From assembly GCF_011386835.1 (NCBI RefSeq), contig NC_088791.1, positions 211,358,001 to 211,422,000 of the forward strand: a stretch of 64,000 nt of DNA. The letters run 5' to 3'. This document shows positions 62,441 through 64,000 of the stretch, piece after piece (the first letter of the stretch is position 1; each line of letters opens with the position of its first letter). The notes under the pieces were generated by a model. The model saw nothing but the letters and a program-made list of their open reading frames with translations. It ran no database searches and was not told the origin of the DNA. Position numbers and translations under genes: made by a program. This DNA is from Chrysemys picta bellii (taxonomy: Eukaryota).

Positions 62441-62737
62441 AGAGAAGATGGAGAGCCTGTGTACCCTTACAAGCCACTCAGAAAAGTGGTGTGATGATAC
62501 CAGAGATCAGAGATGGACGGACTAATAAATTGGAATTTAGCCTGAGGCTTTGGGATTATTGTCTGTTGAAATTCAAGTTACCCTGGAAGAGGTGAGACTT
62601 TAATGTGACCTGGTGAGAGGGTTGAGTCATGAGAAGAGGCAGACTACCACAGAGCCAGAGCGGCTGTCAGCAAGGGGTGCCAGGAGGAGCAGGACATGGA
62701 AATGGTGTGACAGATTTCTGTTACCAATCTGCCTGAG

Positions 62738-62875
62738 TTTCAGAGTAGCAGCCGTGTTAGTCTGTATCCGCAAAAAGAAGAACAGGAGTACTTGTGGCAC
62801 CTTAGAGACTAACAAATTTGCTTATGCTCTAATAAATTTGTTAGTCTCTAAGGTGCCACAAGTACTCCTGTTCTT
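62738..62875. mobile_element. Penelope-like pseudo-LTR fold-back insertion, 138 bp
   Basis: Perfect 43-bp inverted arms (62777-62819 / 62834-62876), 14-nt loop, 13-bp TSD CAATCTGCCTGAG (62725-62737 / 62876-62888). Same subfamily as 23450. Confidence 0.9.
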
Positions 62876-62889
62876 CAATCTGCCTGAGG

Positions 62890-63717
62890 TGTCAGGTGAT
62901 CAGGCTGAGGCCACAGGATTGTTTGGGGAGGAGATGATGAAACACACCAAGTGTCTAAGTTTTAAAGCTTTATTAATAAAATAATAAAATAACACCGGAG
63001 AGTGCTGGAGGAGGGTTCCCCACATCACTCAGAGGAAGGAAGAAAGCATTAGTGCCCCAAGCCCTAACCCACTTTCATACTCACATCCGCACCCAAGGCT
63101 GGCCAAGCCTGGGTGTAACGTAAGAAGAAGAGGGGGAGGGGTTGATGGGAGTTCTTGTCCTGGGCCCAGGTCGTCCGAGGTCCACTCTGATCTCCGAGGT
63201 GCTCCAGCTCTTAGGTGGGTTTTAAGTCCTGGGTTTCTTTGGGGGTGTTCCGTTCATGGACCTCTGCTCCTTATACTCTTTGTACCAGTCAACACCGGCT
63301 TTCTGTGGTCTCTTCAGCTTTTCCAAAACACACTGGCTAGACTTTGTTGTCCTCTTTGGGTTTTTTTGTGCTGGCCTTCGCTTGTCTTGCTTGTTATGAG
63401 CTGCCTTTGCAGGTTTGTTCAGCTGTATTTTTTTTCTTACAGCTGGTTGGTGGATTCCAGGCCCCCATCTCTCTCGGCAGGCAGCGAAGCATCGCCTGTG
63501 AGCTGCGGCCTTGAGCCAGAGTTGGTGCCTTATCTTCTGACTGAGTGAGCTGAAGTGTCAAGTTAACCCATTCTCTGCTTTCTGCCTCCTTCCCCCTCTG
63601 GCCTCTGCAGCCTGCAAAGGAATCTTCCATTTGCCATTCACCCTTTAACCCTTCCCCAAAATGCCTTGCAATGCTTACAACAGTGTTAGCAATATACAAT
63701 GCTAATCTGCCTCCACA
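62890..63717 (-). mobile_element. ERV-like solo LTR (minus orientation)
   Basis: TGTCA...ccaCA termini; TTTATT at 62969-62974 is AATAAA on the minus strand near its 3' end. TSD not matched. Confidence 0.55.
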
Positions 63718-64000
63718 GGGAACCCCCTGAGGGAGAGGGCCACTGGGCGGGATGGCAATGGGAAGAGCAGTGTTTCCACACCCCACTCCTCCACCTCACA
63801 ACATGGAAACAGGGAAGGGGGGCAGTATAGGCCTGCATTAAATTATTGTTCTCTGATGAGTCAGAGGTGTGTTTTAGTCACACACTGCTACTCCAGAGGT
63901 GCATCTTAGATGCCCTTGTTTTGACAAGGTTATACTTAAAGTTATGATCTAGCTGCAAATCAACATAAAGGGAATTAGAGTTATTCTGTCTCCTAAAATC

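Noticed and set aside
23450-62876. The recurring about 40-bp sequence GTGGCACCTTAGAGACTAACAAATTT as a CRISPR-like or novel repeat array
   Set aside because: Copies are kilobases apart, in both orientations, with no regular spacers. They are Penelope pseudo-LTR sequence in a eukaryotic genome.
63704-63712. AATCTGCCT shared between the LTR end and the neighbouring PLE TSD (62726-62734)
   Set aside because: Only 9 bp and not positioned as a TSD of either element. Treated as coincidence.

Overview
Vertebrate (turtle-like) AT-rich non-coding DNA, intergenic or inside a very large intron. No intact protein-coding gene, rRNA, tRNA gene or CRISPR array can be supported. The turtle assignment is inferred from the repeat complement: tortoise-type tRNA-Lys/CR1-tail SINE, CR1, MIR/CORE SINEs, Neptune-type Penelope-like elements (PLEs), and hAT/Harbinger/Tigger MITEs. 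By my hand annotation roughly a third or more of the window is recognisable transposable-element debris. This includes CR1, L2, RTE, Tx1 and Vingi LINE fragments, about nine solo-LTR-like segments, six PLE insertions and many MITEs, several with readable TSDs. The most notable structures are: (1) minimal hammerhead-ribozyme motifs in PLE pseudo-LTRs, three of which sit in fold-back hairpin insertions; (2) a CR1 > solo LTR > Tx1 nest whose TSDs give the insertion order; (3) three hAT MITEs nested inside one another, each with its own 8-bp TSD; (4) a palindromic repeat with two inverted tRNA-like heads. A few exon-like segments occur on both strands, but I cannot assign them to a known gene. Family names come from recognising motifs by eye, not from database searches, and boundaries without a TSD are approximate.
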